Shown in pieces: positions 61,921-64,000 of a DNA stretch of 64,000 nucleotides; the stretch's first letter is position 1, and every line of letters begins with the position of its first letter. The notes under the pieces were generated by a model that was given only the letters and a program-made list of their open reading frames with translations, made no database searches and was not told the DNA's origin. Location of the stretch: the NCBI GenBank assembly GCA_028023455.1, contig JAQFVV010000006.1:434001-498000 (forward strand), given 5' to 3'. Position numbers and translations under genes: made by a program. Origin of the DNA: Epiperipatus broadwayi. Its lineage: Eukaryota > Animalia > Onychophora.

Positions 61921-64000
61921 CTAAAAAAAAAAAAAAGTTACTTAAAATATAAGCATACACTTTAAACATGTATAAACAGTATACTGCATATACATGTTTA
62001 CACGCAGGTTGTCAGTGGAAGTTGTATGTGTGTGTGTGTGTATATATATATATATAGAAATTATAATGAATGCATCCTTTTATTTCAAACACAGGATTAT
62101 AGATATTGGAGAAAATATTCAACAGGTTTGCGAATGATTAAAAGATATCTTATTTTTAATAAACTGAACTTCTATATCCAAGATTAAAAAAATATTAAAA
62201 TTCTGCATATTAATAAAATCAATTTATGCAATATTCAAAAATGATTTAAATATTGACAAAATTACATGCATAAAGGCAATAGTAATAACATATATTAAAA
62301 AATATATATTTACAATATTAAATACATTCCAGATACTAAGCACCATTGTCAAGTATAGCTTGCCATTAAAAAAATTTCAAGCCTAATCAAAAAAAAAAGT
62401 GAATAATTATTTATATATAGATAAACTACCATCAATCCAAACGCTGCTAATTTGAAAATTTTTATTATTTGGATAGAATTACAAAATACTGCTATGATTT
62501 TTAATTACTACAATTCAAAAATTTTGTGCAGATATATAAGGATATTTTGCATTTGAAAGTGTTATATTATTAATAAAATTAATTAATATAGTATATAAAA
62601 ATATTTATAATTAATTTTTATTAGCGATTTATATGTAATCATGTGGAGAAAAAGCAGAACATTCAAACATGCGCTATTAGTATTAATTGGCTTGCACTCA
62701 CTCATCAATACTAACAGCGCATGCCCCCACATGAATACATACAAATCATTAATAAAAATTAATTACAGATATTCAAAATTAAAATAATTCAAACGTGAAT
62801 GAAAAAAAATGAGATACTGTCTCTTTCCTAGGATGTATAGAATTAAATTTGCACAAATACTTGATCATTTGATTTATCAGGCTCATAATAGAATCAAATC
62901 CTGAATTAAGCATGGGCAATAGATATAAATTTATATAATAATAAGTTCTAAGCATAGGCGATGCACCTACGCAATTAATACCAATAGCGTACATCTAAAA
63001 AAAGTATTCACATATAACTGCTAAATTATACATATAAATAAATTTGAAACAAAAATTCTAATCATTGTACATAATAAACTTCTTACTTCAGTTGTCAAAC
63101 GACATGAAAAAATTGATTGAAGTTGACATCTCTTCAAATTTAGTTACATCTATTTCAAATTGCACTAATTTATATATTAAATAAATTACAGACAATCACA
63201 TTAATATTCATTAAATTTTCAATGAAATTTAATTTACAATAAAGAAGAAAAGATTTATGGTTAAAATTTGAAAAATTCACAAATTCAAAAACACCCTGGG
63301 GGCCAGGACTTTCAAATTAATGATAGTTTATATGTATTACGTCAGTGAAGATTATTGTAAAAAATTGCCTGTTGAAAATATGGCTTTTATAATGTAACCT
63401 TATATATATATACATATTGTGGCAGAATGAATGTCTAGAGTTGTGGAGAAGACAATCATCATCATTCCCACTGAACCAGCATTTGATAAAAATAAGCCAT
63501 TATGCTAATAATAATTTACACCATCAGCATTGAAAATGAATAATCAACGGCCATTCCTAGGCTTCCCAGCCTCAATCATCCAATTAACAACCTTGATGTC
63601 ACAAAGCCTTCCTTCTTCATACAGCCTCATGTAACACAGGGACTGAGCATAGACTATCTTTCTTAGGGTTCTCCACACTTCCTACATCTCAGACAGATAG
63701 ATTTACATTGCCATTGTCGGGGTTTGATTATCACGATCTCCTATAAGTGCTGCTATATTTATTTAGTGTCAGTGCTTAGGGCATGTATGAAGCGGTGTAT
63801 ATCTGTACGCAAATATACTTGCTTCAATATGTATTTGATTATGTCATTTAATTGAGGTTCTGATAATTTTAGTACAATGGTAGTGGAAAATTGAAAACTA
63901 AAGATTCCAGGATCATCAGAGATCAATCAATCACTTATGAAACTCAAAAATCACATGATGTAAGCAACTAGCACAATAGATTATTATTTTATTTGATGTA

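Overview
AT-rich animal genomic DNA, probably arthropod (inferred from composition and repeat content; no species is claimed), with one 500-N gap at 2999-3498. The one clear host gene is eIF3c (translation initiation factor 3 subunit C) on the minus strand. I traced 13 GT-AG exons from 61920 down to 24149 that join in frame (1833 nt, 611 codons). The N-terminal exons appear to lie beyond 64000, and the C-terminal exons are not recognisable in 1-24148. The rest is intronic or intergenic and rich in transposon remnants. These include a Penelope-like element (PLE) carrying a nested Merlin-type DNA transposon and a second antisense PLE, with the whole composite present twice (1-2998 and 15653-18652). 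Also present are an L1/Tx1-type LINE splitting a decayed C2H2 zinc-finger array, a Buster hAT with perfect TIRs and TSD, piggyBac, mariner, pogo-like and RTE remnants, and tRNA-derived SINE-like elements. The most notable signal is more than a dozen minimal hammerhead-ribozyme (HHR)-like motifs in several variants. One family has the core C3-G8 pair swapped to A3-U8, one element joins a tRNA head to an HHR, and several foldbacks carry HHRs on both strands. All calls were made by eye; no searches or folding programs were run.
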